This document shows positions 1 through 11,744 of a stretch of 33,651 nucleotides of DNA, one piece after another. A program made the position numbers and the translations under genes. Each line of letters begins with the position of its first letter. The first letter of the stretch is position 1. Location: NCBI RefSeq assembly GCF_001194135.2, contig NC_068994.1, positions 23,253,216 to 23,286,866 on the forward strand, read 5' to 3'. Source of the stretch: Octopus bimaculoides. Taxonomy: Eukaryota. A model generated the notes under the pieces. The model was not told where the DNA came from. It did no database searches and was given only the letters and a program-made list of their open reading frames with translations.

Positions 1-53
<53 letters not shown>

Positions 54-75
54 TATATATATACATGTATATATA
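1..75. repeat. (AT)n/(AC)n microsatellite
   Basis: Directly visible dinucleotide run. Confidence 0.95.
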
Positions 76-99
76 TGTATATAGAACTCATACGTGATG

Positions 100-960
100 A
101 GGAGACGTCAATTCATGCTAGAAAAAAACACAAAAGAAAACTGTTTAATTAGATCCAAAAGATTGTTGAATAAACTTAAAAATCCACCAGAAGATGGTGT
201 GATTTGACCAGGACCTGAATGTATGAGATACACAGAAGTCGCTAATCGGAGATCCTGGTCGTAGTACCGGGTATGATTATCAAAGATATCTTCATTAGGC
301 GATAGGTTAGAAATCCTGAAAGAAACAGGGTAATTAGATAGGATATCGATATATTTTAACGACTTATTCGGTTTATGGTAATGGTAATATAGGTTTGCAT
401 CTAAGTCAAGTGTCATATCTAAGAAGTTTGCTATTTTAGTATTATTTTGGTATCCTGAGCAGAGTCGGAGAAGCCCATGATTATATGGAAGAGATCTATA
501 GAGGAATTACGTGTGCATGTGTATTATTGCACTCAAACACAAACATATATAAGTTATGATAAATACTTATATAAAAAAGGATATGCTACATACATGGGGA
601 ACAAGTTAGAAGTTATAACTAATAAGTTATGATGTACACCCTTGCCTTCTTCCATTTGTAGAAGTCTGATGTGACTAGGAATAGACTGAGTCAACAATAG
701 GTAGGACATCAATATTATTTGCAGGCTTAATAGCTGAGGCTGAATTGAGATGAAGTTGCTTGAAGAATGAGTCAAGTTTCAATTAGCTACCTCGCTGAAG
801 TTAATCTTGGATAATGAGTTCCTTTAAGGCTCTAAGATATTGGTAATATTATTACTCGATATCTGTTCCTATTTATAAATTAATGTAGGGAATGACGTTA
901 TCAAGAAATTCTCATTTAACAGAGAATGGGATTTAGGAACAATGGTTCGTCATCTTCAAT
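100..960 (-). mobile_element. Penelope-like element (PLE) RT/thumb remnant, heavily deleted
   Basis: Minus-strand translation gives DLFHIIMGFSDSAQ (about 456-495; cf. PLE FDxxMGSxDxA[E/Q]). In a shifted frame it gives NFLDMTLDL...YHYHKPNKSLKYIDILSNYP...RISNLSPNEDIF...YY (ORF 108-416), the PLE RT motif-7/thumb pattern. The extent above about 500 is uncertain. Confidence 0.75.
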
Positions 961-1167
961 ATCCTCACTACCTCTTCTACCACCGATAACCTCAACTATT
1001 CGCTTTTCCTCTGTTAACGCTTGCAGCTTAGAAGCCACACTTTGTAGCTTCTAGCCAAGTTTTGACGTTATCTTCTGTGACATCTGATTCAAACTGTCCT
1101 CTGAAGCATAGGATGAAACTCCCTGGCTTAGAAACCGTTAGAATCGTATTCTTACCTCCTTTACGTA

Positions 1168-1610
1168 CAAAGCGAGGACGGCATTTGAGGACAGATTTAT
1201 GGTTTAAAAAAACGCTTATATAATAACAGAAAAAAACCTGTATTTTTATAAAAATAATATAAACAGAAAGCTAAATTATCAATTTAATAATTTCATTCAA
1301 TAAAACCAACATAAGCATCAATAAGTGCCTCTATGGGGGTTCAAATCGTTTATAAGCTCGGATTAAGTGGTACTTCTTCATATCGGACATGACTCGAAAT
1401 ATGGCAGCTTTCAAAGAATATTTAGTGCAATGAGAATGGATGTTCATTGACATTTTTCTCAACGATACTCCATACATAGTAGTCCAATGGATTGAGATCG
1501 GAGAATTAAGAGGCCAAATGTTGGGGGTGATGTGATCATGCAAATTGTCGGCCATCCATTCTTGTGTCATTTGAGCCTTGTGTAATGGTGCAGAATCTTG
1601 TTGAAAGGAG
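1168..1610 (-). mobile_element. IS630-Tc1-mariner (maT/DD37D-like) transposase 3' fragment with probable terminal repeat
   Basis: Minus strand reads FQQDSAPLHKAQMTQEWMADNLHDHITPNIWPLNSP (QQDxAP and WPxNSP motifs), then frameshifted ...IEALIDAYVGFIE* (stop 1293-1295). The left edge TA|CAAAGCGAGGACGGC at 1166-1168 fits a TA target site plus TIR start. No second TIR was found. Confidence 0.85.
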
Positions 1611-2144
1611 ACTCACTATTTGAAATGGTTACGAAATTGACAACAACTGGGGTAGTACTAGTGGTGGAATTTTATGGATGTATGCATTCCCTTCGTTTGG
1701 CTTCCTACGAGGCTAATGCCTGATTGATAGTTATATTTAAGCCAAACATTTTAAACAACCCTGACAAGTGCTTTCGAAATCTCTTCATAGCGTAGCCGTT
1801 CACATTGCGTGAAATTCTTCGTCCATAGACCAGAGCGACGCGAGGAGGTTTGATTTCCATAATGAATATACTATATCATGGCCGGGAAATCTCCCTTATA
1901 TTTAACAATGTCATCAACATCTTTGCCCTCGGATCATGTTTAACCAGTAAGAAACTACCTTACTAATGAGAAACATGGAATGATTTCTTTAGCTGGACAT
2001 GAATCTCCGTTCATGGCACACGCCCGAAAGATCACAGATATCTTTTACATACGGATGTGTGAAACTTTAATTTATGTAGTAGTAAATCATTATTCATTTC
2101 ATTATAAATTCTGTAGAATGTTGACAAATGTCCTTTTCTTTCCC

Positions 2145-2190
2145 TTGTACCCAACGAGACTGTACCCAACGAGACTTGTACCCAACGAGA
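2145..2190. repeat. 3 x 15-16 bp tandem repeat (T)TGTACCCAACGAGAC
   Basis: Copies at 2145-2160, 2161-2175 and 2176-2190. Confidence 0.95.
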
Positions 2191-2947
2191 AAAAGAATAT
2201 TTCGCATATGTCATTGACTTTGTTTATTTTCTAGAATGGATTAACTCCGAAGCTACAAGTTTTAAGTGTCAAGGGTCCGTTCATTCTTTCTAGGAATGGA
2301 CCAGACACTTCCAGAGAACATGAACGAAAGCTTCACGCCTGAAATTTCAGTAGATATATATATATGCATTTGCTGAATACACCTGTATCTAAAAAACACA
2401 AATACATCATTAGCTGACCAAAGTCTCAATTTTTATCTATGTGGGCGTTAGTTCAGCTATCATGAGAACTGCTTGTAGATTTATTTCATACGTAGTTAGA
2501 TTCACAGATTTAATAACAATTAAAAGGTTTTTACTTAGCTCGGAAAACGAATATCGATATAAAGGCAAAGTAATGAAAAATAGAGAAGCATCTTTAGGAA
2601 CTAAAATATAATGAAGAAAAGAAAGAGAGAAGAGATAAGGAGTATGGTAGTTAGAAGAGAAACCATTGAAGATGAGAATGAACGGTAGATAATGATACTG
2701 TAAAATGCTGTCAATGTAAATTTCTCATTTTCAGACATTTTCCTTATTTCAATTGTGATTACTTGTGCCATTTTTTAAAAACTCGGCATTCAAAATTTAG
2801 TTATATTTCTGTGTTACAGAACATCGACGTACTAGCACCTACTTTTCTCAGTTTTCTTATTCGCTTGTTATAATTTTTTTTTATTTCGGTCATACCTAAC
2901 ATTTTCTCGCCTCTTTTATTATACTTGTGTTGACTGTTTTATAAATT

Positions 2948-2951
2948 ACAC

Positions 2952-2993
<42 letters not shown>
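2948..2993. repeat. (CT)n microsatellite
   Basis: Directly visible. Confidence 0.95.
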
Positions 2994-2999
<6 letters not shown>

Positions 3000-3166
3000 T
3001 TACTCACCTTCTCTTTCCCTCTCTCTTTCTCAAAACTAGTATTTTTATGAAGCTCCTGCACACAAGAGTGTGAAAGGCATTGACTGCGGGATTTTATTGC
3101 TAGTTTTCGTTACTGGTTTTACTACAATATATGTGTGTGTGTGTGTGTGGAAGAAAATCACCAACG

Positions 3167-3167
<1 letters not shown>

Positions 3168-3201
<34 letters not shown>

Positions 3202-3592
3202 TCTTTTACTCTTTTACTTGTCTCAGTCATTTGACTGCGGCCATGCTGGAGCACCGCCTTTAGTCGAGTAAATCGACCCCAGGACTTATTCTTTGTAAGC
3301 CTAGTACTTTTTCTATCGGTCTCTTTTACCGAACCGCTAAGCACACCAGCATCGGCTGTCAAGCAATGCTAGGGAGACAAACACAGACACACAAACATAC
3401 ACACATATATATATGCATATACATATATACGACGGGCTTTCAGTTTCCGTCTACCAAATCCACTCACAAGGCTTTGGTCGGCCTGAGGCTATAGTAGAAG
3501 ACACTTGCCCAAGGTGCCACGCAATGGGACTGAACCCGAAACCATGTGGTTGGTAGGCAAGCTACTTACCACACAGCCACTCCTGCGCCTAT
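3168..3592 (-). mobile_element. tRNA-derived octopus-type SINE, family 1 (complete)
   Basis: Minus-strand head AGGCGCAGGAGTGGCTGTGTGGTAAG (A box) ... GGTTCAGTCCC (B box), followed by a conserved body, an internal (TA)/(TG) microsatellite and a tail ending AAAAGAG(TA)n. Further copies lie at 7849-9100, 10490-10675 and 22050-22420. Confidence 0.85.
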
Positions 3593-3722
3593 ATATATAC
3601 GAGTTTAGAGACGAATGAAAGAAAAAAGCACCCAATACATTTAGAGTGCTATTTAAAATACTTTGATTCGGCTTCATGCGACTTAAAGTTTTGTAGTCTT
3701 TTACAGAAACCTGGCTCATTCA

Positions 3723-4187
3723 NNNNNNNNNNNNNNNNNNNNNNNNNNNNNNNNNNNNNNNNNNNNNNNNNNNNNNNNNNNNNNNNNNNNNNNNNNNNNN
3801 NNNNNNNNNNNNNNNNNNNNNNNNNNNNNNNNNNNNNNNNNNNNNNNNNNNNNNNNNNNNNNNNNNNNNNNNNNNNNNNNNNNNNNNNNNNNNNNNNNNN
3901 NNNNNNNNNNNNNNNNNNNNNNNNNNNNNNNNNNNNNNNNNNNNNNNNNNNNNNNNNNNNNNNNNNNNNNNNNNNNNNNNNNNNNNNNNNNNNNNNNNNN
4001 NNNNNNNNNNNNNNNNNNNNNNNNNNNNNNNNNNNNNNNNNNNNNNNNNNNNNNNNNNNNNNNNNNNNNNNNNNNNNNNNNNNNNNNNNNNNNNNNNNNN
4101 NNNNNNNNNNNNNNNNNNNNNNNNNNNNNNNNNNNNNNNNNNNNNNNNNNNNNNNNNNNNNNNNNNNNNNNNNNNNNNNNNNNNNNN

Positions 4188-4188
<1 letters not shown>
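3723..4188. other. Assembly gap (N run)
   Basis: Run of N. Confidence 1.
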
Positions 4189-4283
<95 letters not shown>

Positions 4284-4332
4284 TGTGTGTGTGTGTGTGT
4301 GTTTGTGTGTGCGTGTATGTGTGTGTGTGTGC
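4189..4332. repeat. Compound microsatellite (AAC)n(AAT)n(GT)n
   Basis: Directly visible. Confidence 0.95.
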
Positions 4333-4927
4333 AAAGTATAAAATGGATCTAGTGCAATATAAAATAATAAAACTTAAATCGAATTGTAGAATTTAGTCAG
4401 CAACAATAGTTGAAGTTATAAATACTTTTAATAACTCCACCTCTACAGAAAGGAAATAAAGGCAGGGAGGACAATTGGTATTGATGCGATAATTTTAAAA
4501 TGAAAACCAATTCGAAAAATTCTAAATATCAAAATTAAGTCATTAGTGTTATATTATTAATATTAATATTATAAGTATTTATATTAAATACGTTTGAACA
4601 ATGTCTGTATTCAATCAGACAAGAAATTTTTTGTTTATACTAAAATGAAGTCAGTATTTGGCACGTTTAGGAACAAACCTACATATAATATTTATTCTTT
4701 TGTTCAAATCTAAATATGAAAATGTCGTACTGCGATAATGATTCAGTGTTAATAAGAAAATATGTAATTCTGGTAAATGAAAGTTATATTTCTTGCCTTG
4801 TCAGTAGATAAGGGAAATCTATGAACATTCGGTGTGCTTTAGACTACGGTTATATTCTTTCAGTATGAGGAGGAGGAAGAGCATGTATCGAAATGAACTA
4901 CAGTATGAGATTGAGTACGTATTGAAA

Positions 4928-4968
<41 letters not shown>

Positions 4969-5453
4969 CACTGGTGGGATATAGTTATAGGCATGCACTA
5001 TTATTATATGATTAAGTATGATTTAGACCAGAGTTGAGGTTGAAGATAGCGATGGGTATTAGGATGTTGACTGAAGGTTAGATAATGGATAAGAGCAAAG
5101 TGTTACTAACGTCTGCATAATTGGTTGTAACGAAATCACTAATAGGATACACCAAGGGAAATTATGTGTAAGCAGTTTGGTTGCCTAGAAAAAGTATAAG
5201 ATTAAGAGTTGTTTGGAAATATTAAGTGGAGTAGCGGAAAAGATATACAAAAGTGTTACAGAGATATTTTGAAGCTAACACGATAATAAAAGTAGAAAAC
5301 ATAAAATATAGAGATACAAAAGTTTCGTACATAACAGTGGCATGAAGTATAAAATATGAAAATAGAAGTATATCGTGATCAAAATTATAAATCAGGATAG
5401 AAACATTAATAATAATAATTTCTAACATAATGATAATAATGCTGTGTAATTTA

Positions 5454-5648
5454 GACACAAAAACAGCTATTTTAGAGGGGAGGGTGACAGGTGATTATAT
5501 CAACCCCAGTACTTGGATAGTACTTTATTTTATCGATCTAGAAAGGATGAAAGGAAAAGTCGACCTCGGTGGAATTTGATTTCAGAATTTAAAGAACCGG
5601 AAGAAATTCCGCTGTGCATCTTGTCCTAACGCACCAGCGATTCTGCCC
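5454..5648 (-). mobile_element. tRNA-derived SINE, family 2 (diverged)
   Basis: Shares GAAAGGATGAAAGG.AAAGTCGACCTCGG.GGAATTTGA core with 12845-13078 and 19441-19645. Confidence 0.75.
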
Positions 5649-5649
5649 T

Positions 5650-5690
<41 letters not shown>

Positions 5691-5787
5691 ATTATTACGA
5701 TGATGACGATAACGACGATGACGATGATGACGACGATGACGACGATGATGATGATGATGATGATGATGAGGAGGAGGAGGAGGAGGA
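5649..5787. repeat. Compound (GAT)n/(GAC)n/(GAG)n microsatellite
   Basis: Directly visible. Confidence 0.95.
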
Positions 5788-5789
5788 AT

Positions 5790-6998
5790 TTTCCAGACAG
5801 ACTCGTTATCCCATTTAATATTTGAGTCATGCTTAATTCTTCTCAGTTTAGCATCAAGAAAGGCAAAGGCAGGGAATCAGTTGAGAGATAGCAAAGGAAA
5901 AATTAACCATTTGCTCAAAAATGGATAGATTCCTCAATACAAACGGTAAGACTCTTCAGTGAAGATATAGATATTGAATTTGGCATAGGCCTGTGCATAC
6001 TAGTCATTAAAAAATGACAGGTAGTCAGCAGTGGAGGCATCCAATTACCATATGGCCAGACATTAAAATCACTGAAAGAAAGAGAACGTTATAAGTATCT
6101 TGGAGTGTTAGAATCTGACAGAGTACTAACTATAGTAACGAAAGAGAAAATCGATAAGGAGTACATCAAAAGTGTGAGGAAGCTAATGAAGTCAAAGCTA
6201 AATGGTCCGAATCTAGTGAAGGCTGTAAATACTTATGCAGCATCGTTACTTAGATTTTCAGCAGCTTTTGCAGACTGGACAAAATCTGAGTTAGCAAATC
6301 TTGACAGAAGAACTAGGAGGGAATTCAATATGAAGAGAGGACTTCGCCCAAGAATAGGAGTAGCAGGATAATAATTAACTCGAAAGGAAGGTGGTAAAGG
6401 GTTAATATCAGTAGAAGACTATGTAGAGTTAGCTAGAGTAAATATAGCTTCCTATATAGGTAATAGGGAAGAAAGTTTATTAAGAGCTACTATTGTAACA
6501 GTAAGAGATAGGGAAACCAAAAATGCAAATGAAATGCAAAACCAGAGAAAAGAAGAAAGATAATCTGACTGGCAAGAAAAGGCTTCGCATAATAGATTTC
6601 CAAAGATAGTTGCAGTAAATAGTTAGAGTGAGATATGGTTATAGTTGCAGAAAGAGAAGACAAAACGTTTGTTAGTTGCGGCACAAGATCAAGCATTGAG
6701 AACTAATTGGATAAAAGCTAAGACAAACAAAACTAGGGAGATTCCCAATGTGGGCTATGTAAATTGAAAGGGCAAGTGTTACTCATATGGTAAGTAGATT
6801 TAGCATGCTGGCACAGAAAGAATACGAGAAAAGACGACAATTTAAGGAGAATAAGCCACTGGGAGTTATGTTGAAAGCTAGGATTTGACCATATTGATAA
6901 GTGGTATGAACATGAATCTAGTAAAGTACTAGAAAGCAAGAAATATAAGATGTGAGATTTTAACATGCAGACTGACAGTGTAATTGAAGCAAGGTCAG

Positions 6999-7085
<87 letters not shown>

Positions 7086-7115
7086 ATAATAAAATAAGAG
7101 ACTGCTGATTGATTT
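5790..7115 (+). mobile_element. R4/Dong-clade non-LTR retrotransposon, 5'-truncated (RT C-terminus, CCHC knuckle, start of RLE); copy A
   Basis: Decayed frames give KGKINHLL, QTVRLFSEDIDIEFG, YKYLGVLE, KSKLNGPNLVKAVNTYA, RKEGGKGLISVED, LVAAQDQALRTNWIKA, QCGLCK...VTHMVS (CCHC) and WYEHES...FNMQTDSVIEARSDL (decayed RPD). Confidence 0.9.
7001..7083. repeat. (ATT)n(ATC)n microsatellite inside retroelement A
   Basis: Directly visible, immediately after the codons for ARSD. Confidence 0.95.
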
Positions 7116-7370
7116 TAAATAAATTGTGGGTTTGGCATACATGCTGACTCATGTATCTCATAATGTATCCACAGAAACACCACGGATTTATATTTTACGT
7201 TTATACAAGCCTTAAAAATACACACACATACAGACTAGACATCAATAACAACCATAATTCGAGCTCGACAACTGCTTTACGGGTCGATTGTATATGAAGT
7301 ACTGTAGGGGTACATTCATTATGTATTTGTTTATTACTGTTTTATAACCATTACTATCATGAATTTCAGA

Positions 7371-7560
7371 GGGTGGCGAACTGGTGGAATCGTTAGCACA
7401 CCGGACAACACGCTAAGCGATGTTTCGTCTCTAGTTCTCCATTCAAACTCCGCCGTTCTCAAGCTGCTTTTCAACCTTTCGCATCGATAAAATAGGTACC
7501 AGTCGATGTAATCGACTTTCTTATTATCCTTAAAGAAATTACTCGTCTTGTACTAACGTT
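7371..7560 (+). mobile_element. tRNA-derived SINE, family 2 (diverged)
   Basis: Head GGTGGCGAACTGGTGGAATCGTTAGCACACCGGAC, then TCGATAAAATAGGTACCAGT and GTCGATGTAATCGACT, all homologous to other family-2 copies. Confidence 0.75.
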
Positions 7561-7848
7561 TGAAACAGTTATCAGTCTTCACTTATCACCTTACTTATTT
7601 ATCTATTTACATTTTTTTTGGTTATAAACAGAAACAAAGTTTCTATGAACATTTTAATATATTAATTTCTTACAGTTTTTGTAAACTCCCAAAATTTATT
7701 GAGAATTATTGAAGTGTCCTTGAGAGATCTATATCCAATGCTGATTATATAGTTATATGAACGGTTTTGAAGGAAAATTATTTCCGGCCTTTGCTCGAAG
7801 AAATTTCAGAAGTGAGAGTGTGACACTTCATATTATATATGAACCGTT

Positions 7849-7952
7849 AAGTTGGTGAACCGTTAAGTTACGGGGACGTAAACACACCACCGTCGGTTGT
7901 CAAGCGATTTTAGTGGTACAAACACAATCACACAAACATACACACACATATA
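7849..7952 (-). mobile_element. SINE family 1, tail half (interrupted copy)
   Basis: GAACCGTTAAGTTACGGGGACGTAAACACACC...GGTTGTCAAGCGA...CAAACATACACAC matches 3330-3405. Confidence 0.75.
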
Positions 7953-8915
7953 TGTAAGAACGACCGTGCGAACCCAAAAGGAGAAATGGTGACGAATGGA
8001 AAAACAGGGCTCCTTTTATTTAAACGCGTCACACGGTCGAACACAAAAATTATATCAAAGATGATATATAAATATGTTATACTTCGATAACATAGTGAAT
8101 TCGTAAATGGCCAGTAAAGGAAGACGATAGAACACAACCGATAAAGATGAATAACAGTAATATTTATTGTAGCATAAAAATGTATGTCTGTGTGTGAGTG
8201 TGAATGCGACATAATGAAAACATAATAAAAGACAGGCCGTCGTATAAAGAAAAGAGTGTGTGTAANNNNNNNNNNNNNNNNNNNNNNNNNNNNNNNNNNN
8301 NNNNNNNNNNNNNNNNNNNNNNNNNNNNNNNNNNNNNNNNNNNNNNNNNNNNNNNNNNNNNNNNNNNNNNNNNNNNNNNNNNNNNNNNNNNNNNNNNNNN
8401 NNNNNNNNNNNNNNNNNNNNNNNNNNNNNNNNNNNNNNNTTGGTAGCTTGTGTACGTGGAAAGTCGTGTTGACGATGTTGGCGACGTCGGTGGGGAATCT
8501 TGTAGTTCGTAGTTGAAGTGGTGTTGACGCTGGCGGCGACGATGGTGGTAGTCGTAGTTGGACGATGGTGGTCGAGGTCGTCGCTGGAACTGCTGCTGTG
8601 TGGTACACGGAACAGGTCTCTAAGAGATCTGAACCGAGACGAATTTTGCCGCTGAATTTAGGCTATTTAAAGCAAAATAGGGGCTCCAGAGAGGTATTAG
8701 AAAAACACCATCACGTGACCTTATTAAGGGCTGTGATTCGTCAGTTTGCGTTCTGGCGGGAACGGTACGAAGCAGTTGCCGCTTCAAATAATAATCAGTC
8801 ACGTGATGACAGGGAAAGATGTTTTCTACTACGCCCGAACTTGAATATATTTATAACAGCGAGAGAAGATGGCTTCTTTGTATACAATGGCGATCGAGGT
8901 GTTAGTTTCACTACA
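7953..8915. mobile_element. Probable solo LTR (TG...CA, 4-bp TATA target duplication)
   Basis: Starts TGTAAG (7953) and ends CTACA (8915), flanked by TATA at 7949-7952 and 8916-8919. It splits a SINE precisely. Minus-strand AATAAA at 8015-8020; contains an N gap at 8266-8439; no internal coding sequence. Confidence 0.6.
8266..8439. other. Assembly gap (N run)
   Basis: Run of N. Confidence 1.
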
Positions 8916-9096
8916 TATATATGCATATACATATATACGACGGGCTTCTTTCAGTTTCCGCCTGCCAAATCCACTCACAAGGCTTTGGTCGGCCCGAGGC
9001 TATAGTAGAAGACACTTGCCCAAGGTTCCGCGCAGTGGGACTGAACCCGGAACCATGTGGTTGGTAAGCAAGCTGCTTACCACACAGCCACTCCTT
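8916..9096 (-). mobile_element. SINE family 1, head half (interrupted copy)
   Basis: Near-identical to 3410-3585, including the A box and B box on the minus strand. Confidence 0.9.
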
Positions 9097-9789
9097 GCAA
9101 GCATGAAGTGGATTCGATCCACCATAGCCAAATTTAAATTAACAGTTCAACAGAACTTTTCTCACTTTGGTGTTTATGTTTATTGCTTGTTTGTGGCGTC
9201 TTGATACGCATTTTAGTTTCTCTTTGAAGCCATTTGCTTTTAGAGGATCGTTAGCATAATGATGCTGTTTAGTTAAATACTTCTTTGTCATATGTAATTG
9301 TTGATATGCTCTGGCATATTATGTTGCTGACTAGGTTTTTCATTATCGATGGTAGTTTGAGTTTATGTTTATATAAAAAGATATCTTGTCAGGATTTTGT
9401 TACCAGAAATGCGGTGAACAAGAAATTGACCCGTTGGAAAACCACAACAAACGACGCTTTTCTTCACAAAAGTGCTATGTAATAAATCACTCTTTGAACA
9501 GGTACCTTTCGAAGTTTTGAGACAAGAATGATCAACTGAAAAATTACGAAACCATCATTTGCCTAAGATAAGCTGTTATCTGTATCAAGGAAATTATACA
9601 ACATACATATTTGAGTTTTAGATATACAGCATGTTCTTCAATTAAATATTTACCAAGAGGGTTTTTTTTTAACCACCCGACGGAGACTTTTGTAGTAAGA
9701 AGTTTTTTCACCCAAGAAAAACATTATTTTTTACTAATGAAAATCGTTCAACTATTAAGTATTTCCAAAGATTTGTTGCGCCGTTGTTA

Positions 9790-9980
9790 TTGTTTAGCCC
9801 CAGGTTAGCTCTGATCGAGCAGCCTATTACCAGAAACATTCTACCTATGATCATCTCTTCCTGTCGCAGACATTATCCCTCTCGGACAACATTACTCAAT
9901 GTATTTTTTCCATTCTTTAAGATGCTAAGGTGTAATTTGAAGGATATGTAATTCGAGAGATATGTAGTTTGAACAACAAT
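9790..9980 (+). repeat. Dispersed repeat family 3 (TTGTTTAGCCCCAGG...)
   Basis: Similar to the reverse complement of 11745-11957 and to 25303-25455. Confidence 0.55.
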
Positions 9981-10489
9981 GTAGCTTTTGTTCTTCCAGT
10001 GTGGGTCTGTTGTTTTATGTAAATGTTTCATTAGTTATATGGTAGCTATTATCGACTGTGTTAAGTATGCAGTATAAGTTCTCCCCATGTGCCATGGTGG
10101 TTACAGTTTATTCTTCTTACTCCGGGGCCTTAGGTGAAACAATCTTATATTTACTTCAATGTTGTATTTTAGCAGCTGCTAATTAAAAAAACAAAAACTT
10201 ACCATTTCAGACTATTTTTTAGTTGTCACTAAAATGACAACTGAAAAGGATGCATTTCAGAGTTATCTATCTTCTCTTTCTTGACCACAATTAATTCTTA
10301 AAGCTAATTTTATTATTCGCTACGTAGGTAATTGTATTTCTTTAACACATTTTTAGCGCACTACATTAACATCCATTTAACTCGAACATTTTTTTTTAAA
10401 TCAGAGGAGAAAGTCTTTGTAAAGCCACCGAGATTAGTGTAGAAGAAGAAAGAAAACCGTTTCTGATGTATAATCTACCCAACAGGGTC

Positions 10490-10675
10490 CCGTACAACTT
10501 CAACCTACTCATCAGATACAATCCATCTTCTCAGTTCCCATCTATCAAATTTCAATAAAATGGCTTAAGTCGACCACGCTAAAAATCAGTTGTCCAAGGC
10601 AATGCGTAGTGATCGAATCCCAAATCATGTGATTATGAAACGAACTTCTAAAGTAAACGGCTATGCCTGCGCCTA
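10490..10675 (-). mobile_element. SINE family 1, old diverged copy
   Basis: TCTCAGTTCCCATCTATCAAATTT...GTCCAAGG...GCCTGCGCCT aligns loosely with the family-1 head. Confidence 0.55.
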
Positions 10676-11744
10676 AGCATAATCGATAGCAAAGTTTCTT
10701 GCTAAAAAAGTTTGTTTTTCGCTTGGAGGTAATAAATATAGTCTTCGGAGTAAGGAATATTGAATTACATTTCGATTTTCTGTGGATATCATTGATTTTA
10801 CATGTAGGCTTTAGATCAATTTTGGTGCGTTGTGACGTTTTATACGTTTGCTAATTAAGTCTCTGGGGTTCACGGGAAGGCTACATTATCCGAAAAGATT
10901 TATTTTCTTCTCCAAAGCTAGTTTCTATTAGTTATTCTTTAGAATATCGGCAAATACTCTTATCAGCGGTATTTTATTTTTACCACCACAAGTATCACCT
11001 ATTTTTGTAAGGGTTAATAATGAAGCGGTTTTGCTAGTATTTTATCAGACCTATAGCATAAACTTCCTTTGATTGTGTCCCTGATTTAGAATATGCTTGT
11101 GTTAATCGTTAATTTCGACTGCATGGCAGAGGTTTTTGATTTGATGATTACTTCATATGGAACTGAGGCTATTCATAAGAAATTTGTTGAGTGCTGAAGC
11201 CGTTCACCATCAACATGAAGTAAAAAATTAAAAAGAACGTCAGTTAATATCTCAAAAGCACCTTTTCATAACCCCCTCCCCGAAAAATCAGTATATTTTA
11301 TCAGCATTTTATATACAATGTATATAAAAATATATGAATTGATAGTTATGAACATATTTCAAGAATTTCAAGTTAACATAGATGTTATCGTTTGGGTAAT
11401 AAGACATTCTAGAGCGAGTTGAACATCAGAAGGTGTTCAGGGAAGAATACTTCCTTAAGCAAGGGTTTCAGCGTCTATCTCTTTATACTCTAAGACAGCA
11501 GCCTACATCCAAGTCATGACTCTTGGACATCCCTTTACAGATACATTCTGTGCTATTGCTTGTGTTCAAGTTTGTTAGGTGCTCCAAAGCCAAAACATCT
11601 TGTAGTTCCGTTCTACTCAACTGATAACTAATTAAAATATTAAGTGCATCCTAAACATATAAATTTGTAAATATGTGTGTGCATACGTAAGTGTTAGTTT
11701 GTATGGTGTATATTTTGGACACAACAGAGAAAAAAAAAACTGAC

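Noticed and set aside
1610-2400. Upstream half and second TIR of the maT transposon
   Set aside because: No inverted copy of the 1168-1200 end and no DDE upstream motifs were found; the element appears truncated at about 1610.
3008-3055. 48-bp minus-strand exon-like segment (CAG|ELHKNTSFEKERGKEK|GTGAGT)
   Set aside because: Half of it is GA-microsatellite-derived and it is short enough to arise by chance.
3716-4334. Long ORFs spanning N gaps or microsatellites (also 5582-5830, 6733-7161, 7928-8608, 16807-17089, 18528-19419, 22306-22983, 31080-31274)
   Set aside because: They are open only because of N runs or stop-free simple repeats (poly-I/L/N/Y/X).
10216-10247. Hairpin TTTTT-AGTTGTCA-CTAAAA-TGACAACT-GAAAA
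   Set aside because: Only 8 bp are non-homopolymer, which is plausible by chance in AT-rich DNA.
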